Of a stretch of 64,000 bases of DNA, positions 31,367-40,494 are shown piece after piece. Numbering within the stretch: the stretch's first letter is position 1; each line of letters begins with the position of its first letter. The position numbers were made by a program, and so were the translations under genes. The stretch comes from a virus: IMG/VR virus record IMGVR_UViG_3300043419_002586. The stretch is one strand, 5' to 3'. The notes beneath the pieces are model-generated. The model had not been told where the DNA came from. It saw only the letters and a list, made by a program, of their open reading frames with translations, and ran no database searches.

Positions 31367-31406
31367 ATATTCAATCCTTAAAAAATAAAGTTATCAATAG
31401 GGTTTG

Positions 31407-31431
31407 TTCTATTTTCAACATATTAAAACCT
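31407..31431 (-). promoter_or_regulatory. SigH-type promoter AGG-N17-TAGAA
   Basis: Directly upstream of the protease gene and downstream of a terminator. Confidence 0.6.
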
Positions 31432-31439
31432 GTAAAATT

Positions 31440-31465
31440 TAAACCCGTCGAAATCGACGGGTTTA
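31440..31465. terminator. Terminator after the portal gene
   Basis: TAAACCCGTCGA-aa-TCGACGGGTTTA. Confidence 0.75.
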
Positions 31466-31491
31466 TTGTACAGTGACAAACTATTCTTCAA

Positions 31492-33852
31492 TTACAAATA
31501 TTCTGAATTTCCCTCACCCATACCTGTTCGCTTCTTGATTGCTTTTATCAACACGTTTAAACAATCTTGAGGGTGATCATTAATTTCCTTATCAGTAAAT
31601 CTAACAATTATCCATCCATTTGCAGCTAATTCTGAATCTCTACGTTTGTCTTTTGCAATCTTATCTGGATTATTGTGCCAAATTTCTCCATCAGCTTCTA
31701 TGCCTATTTTAAGATTTGGAATTGCAGCATCTAATTGATAATCCATAGTAGGTCCTGCAGAATATTGAGCATAAAGAGGGTATGGCATATTCAAGGACAT
31801 AGTTAATCCATATAATTTCTTTTCAAGACTTGTAAACATCTTAGGTTGCTGAGTGATATCTATTTTCTTCTTTGCATATTTCTTGATAGATTCGTTTTCA
31901 TTATTTGCAACTTGATAAATTTCTTGCAAAGCATAATTATTTAGTGGATGAGAGTTGTCTCCTCCGCATATAGGCATTTGTAAAGAGCCAAATAAGCCAT
32001 CATATTCGCTTGGAAGAGGACCAAGAGAACCTCTGCCTGTTACTGGTGTTAAGGACATAAGGAAGCCTTCGTGAGCAGCAGATTTGATTCTTTTACTTGC
32101 AGTTCTTACACCAGAATTTTTTGCATTAATTCTTTCATCATAAATTTGATTAATTACTGAACTAGCAAATTTATAGTTTTTCGTCATTATTTCTGCAGTA
32201 GGAGTAGGGCCAGCATTTGGAACTGGAGGAGGAGCGCCTGCTAATCCTTGAGCACCACCTCCAACAGCTAAGTCAGCTGGTGGAGGAGCCATTCCTGCAC
32301 CAGACATATCAGGAGCACCAAAGCCTTGACCTGTAACTCCTCCACTTTGAAAACTTAGAGAAATATTAGGAGTTCCAAAAGATTGATCATTTACAAAGTT
32401 TGCACCTTGTTCAAAACGTAATCTTTCAATTTCTTGATCTGAATCTAATCCAAAAGCTTCTATAAGTGAAACATTTGAAATTACGCCATTTTGATTAGCG
32501 GTGACAAGCATCTGTAATTTTCCAGTATCATCACGCAATTGAAGATCATCGAATTTAATTTTTGGATAAACTAATTCGTCTTGCCCTCTCTCGCCTTCAA
32601 TTACAAAACCATTCCACTTTGCAACTGGCATAAAAACATTTTGTTCAATCCAATGGGCAACTTCTCTTCTAAATGTTTCTAATCTTTGAGCCATAGCAAG
32701 AAGACCAACTTGAGCATTGCCATAAGTTGGGCCCTCACCATTTAACAGAGCTTTATTTAGCATTACGCCATCTAAAATCTCTTGTTCAATCAATTCAAAT
32801 TCACCAGTCAAAGGATGAATTTTTCCAGTTGCACCATACCATTCCAAATCAAAATTGTGGTGTGTTACAAGAGTTAAGTTTGGATCATTAGCAATAGATG
32901 CCAATTCATCTTGAACATTGTCAATATCTTCTTGTGATGCTGGTCTTGTATCGCTACCAATTTTTACAACCTTGATTGGCAAGATAAGTCTTTCAGCTAT
33001 CATATATTGAGCTTGGCGAAGTTTATCTTTGTAAGTTAAAATTGGAAACAATGGTCTGATCATAGAAATTCCATAATCTTCCCAAGGGTTTGATCCATAT
33101 TTGAAATGATGAATTGAAATTGGATTTAATTTGATTGGATTTCCCTGAATAATCATTTTTTTGATATCATCAGGAATTTTGTCATAAATCTCTTTAGGAT
33201 GTCTTTCATTTACAATTCTAATTTCTTCAGCAGAAGGTCGGTAAGCATAGCTACCTGGTTGATCAATCATACCAGGGCTTTTAATTACAGAATCAGGATT
33301 TAGAATTGAAATTGATTTCCAAGTGGCTCCATCGTGCTCACATTCTTTATTTTTGTCATTGTCCCAGTTTGAACCGTGACAATGTGGGCAGTCAAGCGAA
33401 AGAAGAACAAAAGAGTCGCCCAATAAGTGATATGTTTTAGAGATTTCAGGAAGCCATTTTTGAAAATTAAGTGATTCTACTAACTTTTCAAAATAATCCT
33501 TAACATAAGAAGAAGAACATTCTAACTTCCAACCAGAGAAAGGATAGTTGGTGTAAAAATTGACAGCTGCTGCAATTTTTGGCTCATTATTTCTCCACCA
33601 GTTTGCCCAAAGATAAACTTCACGACGAGCATTAGGTATTTGGAACGAAGATGGAGTTAAGAATGGCGAATAGAAATTAGGAGATGTTGTTACTGTATTT
33701 ACACTAGCAGTTCTTGTTACACTCGGACCTAAACCAAGACCAATTCTACTACTTGCATAATTTTTATCTACAGAAGCTGTTGAAGAGGTTGTTCCTGATA
33801 CTTGTGTTGCTGCTGTTCTGATAGCAGAAGCCAATGATGTTCTATTTGCCAT
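31492..33852 (-). CDS. Portal protein with C-terminal DUF559/Vsr-like PD-(D/E)xK nuclease domain
   Basis: Portal-like core ('EPKIAAAVNFY', 'LLGDSF', 'YGISMIRPLF') upstream of the protease gene; C-terminus 'LDAAIP..IGIEADGEIWH...DKRRDSEL...GWIIVRF'. Confidence 0.75.
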   Translation of the reverse strand: MANRTSLASAIRTAATQVSGTTSSTASVDKNYASSRIGLGLGPSVTRTASVNTVTTSPNFYSPFLTPSSFQIPNARREVYLWANWWRNNEPKIAAAVNFYTNYPFSGWKLECSSSYVKDYFEKLVESLNFQKWLPEISKTYHLLGDSFVLLSLDCPHCHGSNWDNDKNKECEHDGATWKSISILNPDSVIKSPGMIDQPGSYAYRPSAEEIRIVNERHPKEIYDKIPDDIKKMIIQGNPIKLNPISIHHFKYGSNPWEDYGISMIRPLFPILTYKDKLRQAQYMIAERLILPIKVVKIGSDTRPASQEDIDNVQDELASIANDPNLTLVTHHNFDLEWYGATGKIHPLTGEFELIEQEILDGVMLNKALLNGEGPTYGNAQVGLLAMAQRLETFRREVAHWIEQNVFMPVAKWNGFVIEGERGQDELVYPKIKFDDLQLRDDTGKLQMLVTANQNGVISNVSLIEAFGLDSDQEIERLRFEQGANFVNDQSFGTPNISLSFQSGGVTGQGFGAPDMSGAGMAPPPADLAVGGGAQGLAGAPPPVPNAGPTPTAEIMTKNYKFASSVINQIYDERINAKNSGVRTASKRIKSAAHEGFLMSLTPVTGRGSLGPLPSEYDGLFGSLQMPICGGDNSHPLNNYALQEIYQVANNENESIKKYAKKKIDITQQPKMFTSLEKKLYGLTMSLNMPYPLYAQYSAGPTMDYQLDAAIPNLKIGIEADGEIWHNNPDKIAKDKRRDSELAANGWIIVRFTDKEINDHPQDCLNVLIKAIKKRTGMGEGNSEYL

Positions 33853-33885
33853 AACATATATTATACCGTTCTAAAAATAAAGAAC

Positions 33886-34428
33886 TTAGTACCAAGTTTG
33901 ATTAGAAGGTTTGTTGCCAAAAAGTATAGGATCTTGTTTACCTTTAAGCGCTTGATAATATCCTTCACCATTTTTAAAATGCTGAAAACTATTTCCCTTT
34001 TCAATCGATGCCATACTTTGAGGGTCTCTATTGTTATTTTGTTGTCTAGAGCCTTCTAATTGTTCTTCAATAGATGTGTTTTCTGGAGCTTCGTGATAAG
34101 GTGAGTGTCTACGTGCTTCATTTGCTGCTGATTGAGGAGAAACTATATAATTACCATCATCGTCCATATTCATTCTGTGAGGACGATCAACTAATAAATT
34201 CCAAATTTCTTTTTGCTGTTCTTGATTCATTTGGTAATAATCATCAAGATTTTTGCCCATTTTTTCAAGAATTCCAGCTAATTCGTCATACAATTCAGCA
34301 GGTTTGACATCTACAATTTCAGCCTTATCAATTTCAGATTGAGTAGTGCCAGAAGCCATAGTTGCGTCTTGCTCTTTTTGTTGTACTGCACCACCACCGA
34401 ATTGAGCTAAAACTTGTTTATACCACAT
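33886..34428 (-). CDS. Putative internal head protein with MWY leader
   Basis: Starts MWYKQVLAQ; contains a 'SIEEQLEGSR' motif. Confidence 0.5.
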   Translation of the reverse strand: MWYKQVLAQFGGGAVQQKEQDATMASGTTQSEIDKAEIVDVKPAELYDELAGILEKMGKNLDDYYQMNQEQQKEIWNLLVDRPHRMNMDDDGNYIVSPQSAANEARRHSPYHEAPENTSIEEQLEGSRQQNNNRDPQSMASIEKGNSFQHFKNGEGYYQALKGKQDPILFGNKPSNQTWY

Positions 34429-36079
34429 CGTCGTATTCTTCTCTTTTAGATTCCATTACATAATCTAAGCCAAGTTCATCAGCAAATTTTTTAAGATCTT
34501 CATCTGAAAATTGATGACCAAAACTATCTTCATCATCTTCACTCAAGAGAGCTTCAATATTTTTGGTGATTTTTGTGTTGTGTCTTGTATCTTCTAATTG
34601 TTCATCTTTAGGCACATCAACAACATTTTTCTTTCTAGTTTCATTTAGAATCTGTTCTTGATTCATTTCTTTTTTTGATGCGGTAATATTTTTATCTAAT
34701 TGATGAATAATCGATTCTTTTGGTTCATCTTTATCCTTATTCAATTCATCTCTGTAATTAACAACATCTTTGTCATTTACATTTAGTTGATCAGCATAAG
34801 AGTTTTCCATTTCACCACGGCGAGAATAAAGATCATCAGAATCAAGTTGTTTTTCTCTTGTTTCATCTGTTTCAGAAACTTGTTGATTAAGTCTTCTCAA
34901 CAATATTTCTAAATAATCTGTACCTTTTTGATCTTTTCTTGGCAATTGAGAATCTATAGTTTTATTAGCATCAGTTTGGGCTTGTTTTGGGCGCATAACT
35001 GGCTTATCACCTTGTTGATGCCCATAATTTGATTGCTTAATTTCAGACAATTGTTTTTCTCTAGAATCATCGACATTTTGTTTGCCTCTGATTTTGTTTG
35101 CACCTCTATCTGAATTATCAAATCTAGCTTCATATCCAATTTCACCTTCGGTCAATTTTTGGGATCTTTCGCCTTCTTTGAGTTCTAGAGCGTTTGCTTC
35201 ATTATCAGGGTGCTTATGAACATCCAATCTTGCCATCACTTCATCGTGGGACTGGAATGCAACCTTAAGCCAATCTTGATACGCACAAGATACGTGTCCA
35301 TCTTTATCAACACGGGAATCGATGCAGTTTTCACGGCACTTAGAAATTTCCATAGGAATTGGAGCTTTGAATCCTTGAAATTTACCTTTAGGGCAAAGTA
35401 AGTAAGGTTCATTTGCTTGCGTTGATAATGATGTGTAAGCTACTCTTCTATTTTCTTTTGGTGTAATCTCTGAATACCAATTGTGTAAATAGTTTGAAAC
35501 CTTGGTTGATTGAAGCTTATTGCCTGATAATACAATGTTTCTAGCACTTTGAAGTTTAGAAATTCTCAGTGATGTAGAAGCAAACTTCTGTAGTTTATCT
35601 AATGAATCTATAGCTTCTATTTGCCAATAACCGGCTGAATTATCTGATGTTTTATATGCAGTTCTTTCAAGTCTAGCAGCTTCATTATTTTTATTGATAA
35701 AGTTTTGTAAAGCCATATACGCATAGCGAAGAATATTTCTTTCTTCTGCTAACTTGACGTTATTTAATTTATTGTAAGCGTGATGTAAATGATGATGAGC
35801 ATCTTTTCCAGGAAGAGCTACAATTTTAATAATGTGCTCAGGGCCACCCATATTTTTAAATGCTGAAATTACAGGATCATCACCAAAATCATTCATATCT
35901 AATACGTGGAAAGGAGAAGACATCGGCATAGAATCACCATCTCCAAGTCCAGCAATTGTGTCTTGAAGCATACTGAGCAATCCAGTTCCGCCAATTAATG
36001 GTTTCTTTTCCATAATCTCGTGAATTTTTTTAGGATCGTGAGTTTCGTATGTTGCTTTGATCTTATAACCTTTATCCAT
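34418..36079 (-). CDS. Putative head core protein with ExQL repeats and a Cys-rich domain
   Basis: Repeated REKQL/DSQL/DEQL motifs; head-module context. Confidence 0.45.
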   Translation of the reverse strand: MDKGYKIKATYETHDPKKIHEIMEKKPLIGGTGLLSMLQDTIAGLGDGDSMPMSSPFHVLDMNDFGDDPVISAFKNMGGPEHIIKIVALPGKDAHHHLHHAYNKLNNVKLAEERNILRYAYMALQNFINKNNEAARLERTAYKTSDNSAGYWQIEAIDSLDKLQKFASTSLRISKLQSARNIVLSGNKLQSTKVSNYLHNWYSEITPKENRRVAYTSLSTQANEPYLLCPKGKFQGFKAPIPMEISKCRENCIDSRVDKDGHVSCAYQDWLKVAFQSHDEVMARLDVHKHPDNEANALELKEGERSQKLTEGEIGYEARFDNSDRGANKIRGKQNVDDSREKQLSEIKQSNYGHQQGDKPVMRPKQAQTDANKTIDSQLPRKDQKGTDYLEILLRRLNQQVSETDETREKQLDSDDLYSRRGEMENSYADQLNVNDKDVVNYRDELNKDKDEPKESIIHQLDKNITASKKEMNQEQILNETRKKNVVDVPKDEQLEDTRHNTKITKNIEALLSEDDEDSFGHQFSDEDLKKFADELGLDYVMESKREEYDDVV

Positions 36080-36081
36080 TA

Positions 36082-37062
36082 TTATTTACCCAATCCTAAA
36101 TTTGATAATTCTTCTTTATCAAAACCTCTATCATTAAGTGCTGATTTGATTTGTTTCAATTCTTCATTGATACCTTTCTTATCAACAGCATCTTTGAAAT
36201 CTCCTTGCTTAGTTGTTTTTGAATAATCTTGTAAATCCATAAGAAAACAAGCTCTCATAATTAATTCAGCAGTTGATCTTTTTTCAAAGTTGGGTTTTGA
36301 ATCATAATTTAAAGCAGCAATTTTAACTGAGGCATTCTTGTTGCCTTTTTCTTCAGTGTCATTAATTTGCTCAATTGTTTCTTCGACATCTTTAGTTTTC
36401 TTTTCAACATCTTTTTTTTCTCTAACTAATTTGTCCAAATCAACAGTTTCTGCAGTCTTTTCTGACTTGTCGTCTTTATCTTTGCCTTGCTCTAATTTTT
36501 TATTATATTCTTTAACAATATCAATAGCACGTTCGATTGTTTCTTTATTCCAATACTTGAGCTTTGAAATGTATCTGACAATATCGTTTTTTTCGACACC
36601 GTGATCAAGCAACTTTCCTACTTTTCCCATCAAAACACGGAAAGGATTGCCTCTAGTTTTCTTTTTCTTTTTGACCTGTGCGGTTTTGGAATTGTTGTAC
36701 ACGTTCTTAGCCTCGGATAAATAAGTTTCTTCAATCTTATTAGCTATATCAGAATAGCTTGGATCCAACTCTTTAGTAATAGGATCTTTTGTTCTAGTTC
36801 GATTGTCATTTGACATAATAAGTGCTTTAGATAACTTATATAATTGATGTCTTAAGTTTTTATCTTGAACCTTGTCTGCTATGATGGTAACTTCGTTGGA
36901 TAACTCACCAAAATTTTCATTAGCAGATCTTACTTTGTTCATCAATTGTCTCATTTCGTCTTTAGTTACACCTTCGACATTTTCACCGTTCAAAGGAATA
37001 TTATTAATTCCATTTGCAGGATTAGATGCTAAAGGCGGAGCCATTTGAGACAATTTATTCAT
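36082..37062 (-). CDS. Hypothetical head-module protein
   Basis: 326-aa ORF with KTA/KIA motifs. Confidence 0.45.
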   Translation of the reverse strand: MNKLSQMAPPLASNPANGINNIPLNGENVEGVTKDEMRQLMNKVRSANENFGELSNEVTIIADKVQDKNLRHQLYKLSKALIMSNDNRTRTKDPITKELDPSYSDIANKIEETYLSEAKNVYNNSKTAQVKKKKKTRGNPFRVLMGKVGKLLDHGVEKNDIVRYISKLKYWNKETIERAIDIVKEYNKKLEQGKDKDDKSEKTAETVDLDKLVREKKDVEKKTKDVEETIEQINDTEEKGNKNASVKIAALNYDSKPNFEKRSTAELIMRACFLMDLQDYSKTTKQGDFKDAVDKKGINEELKQIKSALNDRGFDKEELSNLGLGK

Positions 37063-37877
37063 TAATCAATATCGTCAAAATTAATATCAATACTGTTATA
37101 AATTTCATTAACAGTTTTTGCTCTTGATTGAGCTTTGTTGTTCATATCGCTTTGAATATTCTTCTTAATTGCCATTCTTTCATTTCTATTCTTCTCTTGA
37201 TTGGCAATTCTCATTGATTCACGATTGTCCAGAGCAGATGGATCAATCATTCCAAATGTTGAATTAAATTCATTGTCTGAAGAAGTTCTTAAGATAGAAT
37301 GTGCTCTTGAAGAAACAACAGAAGATTGTCTCAGATTATTAATTTGGCTATCTTCCCAAGCTTTATGACGAGATGCTTTGGCTTCTCTGGCTCTTTGATT
37401 CTCAACAATTGATTGTTCACTTGTAGAAGATTGTGAGTTTAAAAATTCTTCTGAAATTGCAATCATATCTGGATTGAAAATTGATGCTGATCTAGACAGC
37501 ATAGCGTTCATATATTCGTCTGCTGAAAACGCTCTCAAACCACTTGTAGTTGTTCTAGCATTTTCACCTTGATCATATTGTGAACCAGCTCTTCTGATAG
37601 CACCAAAATCTTGAGAAAGAATTCTATCTTCGATTGTGGTATCTCTTAAGTCTTGATAAGTGGAAGCACTTTGGATCTTTTCCCAAGATTTATTAATTGT
37701 GTTTGCTTCTTTTGTGAAACCAATATTTTGTTTAGAAATTGATTGTCTGTTTGCAGTTGAATTTCTCTTTAACTCAGCGTATGGATCTTCTTCAACTTCA
37801 ACTTGAGCGCCAATAAATCTCTTTTCCAAAAATGATGGAATATTTTCGATTTCTGATACTTTTCTAAATCTGCTCAT
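37062..37877 (-). CDS. Hypothetical head-module protein
   Basis: 271-aa ORF, coupled to the downstream gene. Confidence 0.45.
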   Translation of the reverse strand: MSRFRKVSEIENIPSFLEKRFIGAQVEVEEDPYAELKRNSTANRQSISKQNIGFTKEANTINKSWEKIQSASTYQDLRDTTIEDRILSQDFGAIRRAGSQYDQGENARTTTSGLRAFSADEYMNAMLSRSASIFNPDMIAISEEFLNSQSSTSEQSIVENQRAREAKASRHKAWEDSQINNLRQSSVVSSRAHSILRTSSDNEFNSTFGMIDPSALDNRESMRIANQEKNRNERMAIKKNIQSDMNNKAQSRAKTVNEIYNSIDINFDDID

Positions 37878-37926
37878 GTTTATTTTCCTGCTCTTACTTT
37901 TATTTCATCCTCAAATTTTAGAATGT

Positions 37927-37947
37927 CCCAGGGCTTTCGCCCTGGGA
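37927..37947. terminator. Strong hairpin (GAAA tetraloop on the minus strand) after 37970..39037
   Basis: TCCCAGGGC-tttc-GCCCTGGGA. Confidence 0.6.
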
Positions 37948-37969
37948 TTTTTCTTGAGGAGTGTAATTA

Positions 37970-39037
37970 CTACTTGTCGTACTTCTTGGTGAATAGAGCA
38001 TCAATCCACTCTTGATCACCGTATCCGAGTTCATTCTTCCAATAATCAATAATTCTTGAATAATCAGCATCGGAAAGAGTTGCAACCTTGATCATTGAAG
38101 AAGCAGCAGCAACCTTAACAGTAGTGTCTAGATCAGAAGCAAGAACATTCTTGATATCAGACAAATTGTCAACTGCAGGAGTTGATGTCTCACCTAACCT
38201 AGCATTTACATATTCAATCGGAAAACCTTCTGCCAATGCTTTTGCTGCAAATGCTTGTCTTGCTGCAGATGAGAATGCTTTTACTTCTTTCATTTCTGAT
38301 TTTTCGGCTGTTTCTTTTTCATCTTCCATTTCAGCTGCTTCTTTTTCATCATCCATCTTTTCAGCAACTTTTTGAACTAATGCTTCTCTGTAAGCTCTTC
38401 TTTGTGCAAGCTTAAGATTAGTTTCTTGTTGTGCTTGTACTTGACGCTCAATCTTGCTAGCTAAACGAACTCTTCTTTCGTGGCGAGCTGCAAGAATAGC
38501 ATCCTTAAGATCTTCATCACCAGCTGCAATTGCAGCTTCAACTGCTTCAGCTGATAATTGCGATGCGTGGTTGAAATGAAATGCCTTCTTGTCGGATTTG
38601 GATTTAGGACCCTTTCTTGTCATTGGACCCTTATCTTCCTTATCTTCCTTGTCATTTTTGTCATCGCATTCGCAAGGATCACATTCACAAGCTGGGCATT
38701 CTTTTGAATCTTCAGATTCAGCTTTCTTTCCCTTACCATTCTCTTCCATCCACTTTCTCAAGCCTTCTGGAAGACCTTTCTTAGCTTCTTTCATATGACT
38801 GTCAGACTTATGATACATGGAAGACTTTTCATCATGATCATCATGATCTTCACCTTGCATCTCATCAATCTTTTCGTCACCAATAGCATCAATAAGAGCC
38901 TTCAAGCCCTTGTTCTCTTTTGGTTCTTTTGCTTCAGCTAATCTTTGGTTAAAGTTATCCCAATCGATTCCTTGAAATACCAAGTCAGAATCAAGAGGAT
39001 CTTCTTGAAATCTGTTTGGGAAAATTCTATCTGCCAT
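37970..39037 (-). CDS. Charged, helical putative scaffold/core protein
   Basis: Lys/Glu-rich, 'CPACECDPCEC' motif, many [KR]xA motifs, SD GAGGAG. Confidence 0.5.
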   Translation of the reverse strand: MADRIFPNRFQEDPLDSDLVFQGIDWDNFNQRLAEAKEPKENKGLKALIDAIGDEKIDEMQGEDHDDHDEKSSMYHKSDSHMKEAKKGLPEGLRKWMEENGKGKKAESEDSKECPACECDPCECDDKNDKEDKEDKGPMTRKGPKSKSDKKAFHFNHASQLSAEAVEAAIAAGDEDLKDAILAARHERRVRLASKIERQVQAQQETNLKLAQRRAYREALVQKVAEKMDDEKEAAEMEDEKETAEKSEMKEVKAFSSAARQAFAAKALAEGFPIEYVNARLGETSTPAVDNLSDIKNVLASDLDTTVKVAAASSMIKVATLSDADYSRIIDYWKNELGYGDQEWIDALFTKKYDK

Positions 39038-39077
39038 AATTAATTTTTCTCCTCAAGAAAAAATACATTAAGAAAAT

Positions 39078-39104
39078 TTCTAAATTTAATGCTCAAATTC
39101 CTTT
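39078..39104 (-). promoter_or_regulatory. SigH-type promoter AAAGG-N17-TAGAA
   Basis: Upstream of 37970..39037. Confidence 0.6.
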
Positions 39105-39115
39105 AATGCATCCAT

Positions 39116-39496
39116 TTATGTTTTTTTACTGAAAATTACTTTCTTGCCCTTCAAAAGCAATTTATCTCCAATGCTAATGCCAAGTTTTTTGAACAATCCT
39201 TTATTTGCTTCTACAACAAATACAATACTGTTTGAGTCTGGAGATACAGATTTAGGGTCATCTGCTTCCATATCCTTAATGTCAACTATTTTGTAATTTT
39301 TATCTAAAAATGCTAAAGAAAGTGGAAAAGAAACATTTTTATTCCAAAACGAATAGCAATCTGGATAATCAAAAGTAAAAAACACTACTTCAAAATCGTC
39401 CAAAGGTTCAGCATTCATCAAACCTTTTGTTCGCAGCTTTTCAGTATCCGCTACAAACCTAACATTGAATTCATCACGGAATTCTTTGCTAGTGAG
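39116..39496 (-). CDS. DUF192-like domain with no start codon of its own, in frame behind the TGA of 39497..39988
   Basis: 'FVADTEKLRTKGLM...FWNKNVSFPLSLAFLD...VVEANKG...IGD' matches the DUF192 pattern; no ATG/GTG/TTG between the TGA and the GLM motif. Confidence 0.65.
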   Translation of the reverse strand, partial: LTSKEFRDEFNVRFVADTEKLRTKGLMNAEPLDDFEVVFFTFDYPDCYSFWNKNVSFPLSLAFLDKNYKIVDIKDMEADDPKSVSPDSNSIVFVVEANKGLFKKLGISIGDKLLLKGKKVIFSKKT

Positions 39497-39988
39497 TCAA
39501 GAACCTACTTTTTTAAATTTATTTGATGAAGCTTGAACACTTCTTGCTTCTTCAAGATCAAATCTATCTTTTGTTCTTTGCTTTCTAAACTCATTAACAT
39601 TGTCGGTACTTAAGTAATGGTCACGCAATGCTAATTTTGCTCTTTCAGTAAGTTCTACAGATCTTCCATAACCAGTAAGTAATCCAGCAGTTTTTAAGGC
39701 TAAAAGATCATTGTCAGAAATTTCAGTTGGAACACCACACACTTTGCTGTCTTTATGTAAAGCAACATAGCTTGCTGCAGTAACTAAAGCATCTGTATTT
39801 GCATCAATTGACTTTAACATATCAAGATATTTATCACTTAGTTTAGCAGCCTCAATTTTCTTAGGAGTTTGTGAAACACCAAGAAGTTGAATTTGGATAT
39901 CTGAAAGACCAAGGCCTTCCATTGATGGCCCGTCAAAAAGCTCTGCATGTAAATCTAAAGAATGAACTGGTTTAATAGGTATTGGCAT
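39497..39988 (-). CDS. Hypothetical protein with a possible winged-helix-like segment
   Basis: 163 aa; 'LLALKTAGLL...VELTERAK'. Confidence 0.45.
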   Translation of the reverse strand: MPIPIKPVHSLDLHAELFDGPSMEGLGLSDIQIQLLGVSQTPKKIEAAKLSDKYLDMLKSIDANTDALVTAASYVALHKDSKVCGVPTEISDNDLLALKTAGLLTGYGRSVELTERAKLALRDHYLSTDNVNEFRKQRTKDRFDLEEARSVQASSNKFKKVGS

Positions 39989-40000
39989 AATTTTATTTCC

Positions 40001-40459
40001 TTATCTGATTGGTATTCTGTTTTTCCAAGAATTTCCTTCGTCAACATTTTTTTGATATGTTTCTTCCCAGGAAAATTTATCATTTAAATCTTCACCACTG
40101 TGAATTCCCATAGAAGGACTTGAAGCTGGATTACCTGGATCAACATAAGCTGGTCCGGGAACATTGTCTGGTCCGTGAAGCATACCCTCTATATTCTGAC
40201 CATCAGCTTCACCACCCAAATCTCTATATTCTGGAACTCTTTTTCTTGGGTTAATTTTTTGTCGCCAGAAATCGTTTTGTTTAGTTTCTTCTTCAATCTC
40301 TTCATAAGGCACTAAAGATACATTTGGAGATTGAGTTACTGATTGTTGAGGATAATATTGAGCAATCTTTTCAAATAAATTATCGGACTCAAAATAATGC
40401 CCAGTTTTATCTAATTTTGAGCAAATTTTAATAATTTTATGAATTGATTTTACGTTCAT
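40001..40459 (-). CDS. Putative internal head protein with LDxxG leader
   Basis: N-terminus 'KICSKLDKTGHYFESDNLFEKIAQ' resembles that of 52780..53406. Confidence 0.45.
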   Translation of the reverse strand: MNVKSIHKIIKICSKLDKTGHYFESDNLFEKIAQYYPQQSVTQSPNVSLVPYEEIEEETKQNDFWRQKINPRKRVPEYRDLGGEADGQNIEGMLHGPDNVPGPAYVDPGNPASSPSMGIHSGEDLNDKFSWEETYQKNVDEGNSWKNRIPIR

Positions 40460-40494
40460 AATTTGTTCTTTGTTTACTATTCCTATATTTACCT

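Noticed and set aside
39497-39499. Genome-wide stop-codon reassignment
   Set aside because: TGA, TAG and TAA all end well-defined genes here (purA and nrdA in TGA, tnpB in TAG); only one in-frame TGA case was seen.
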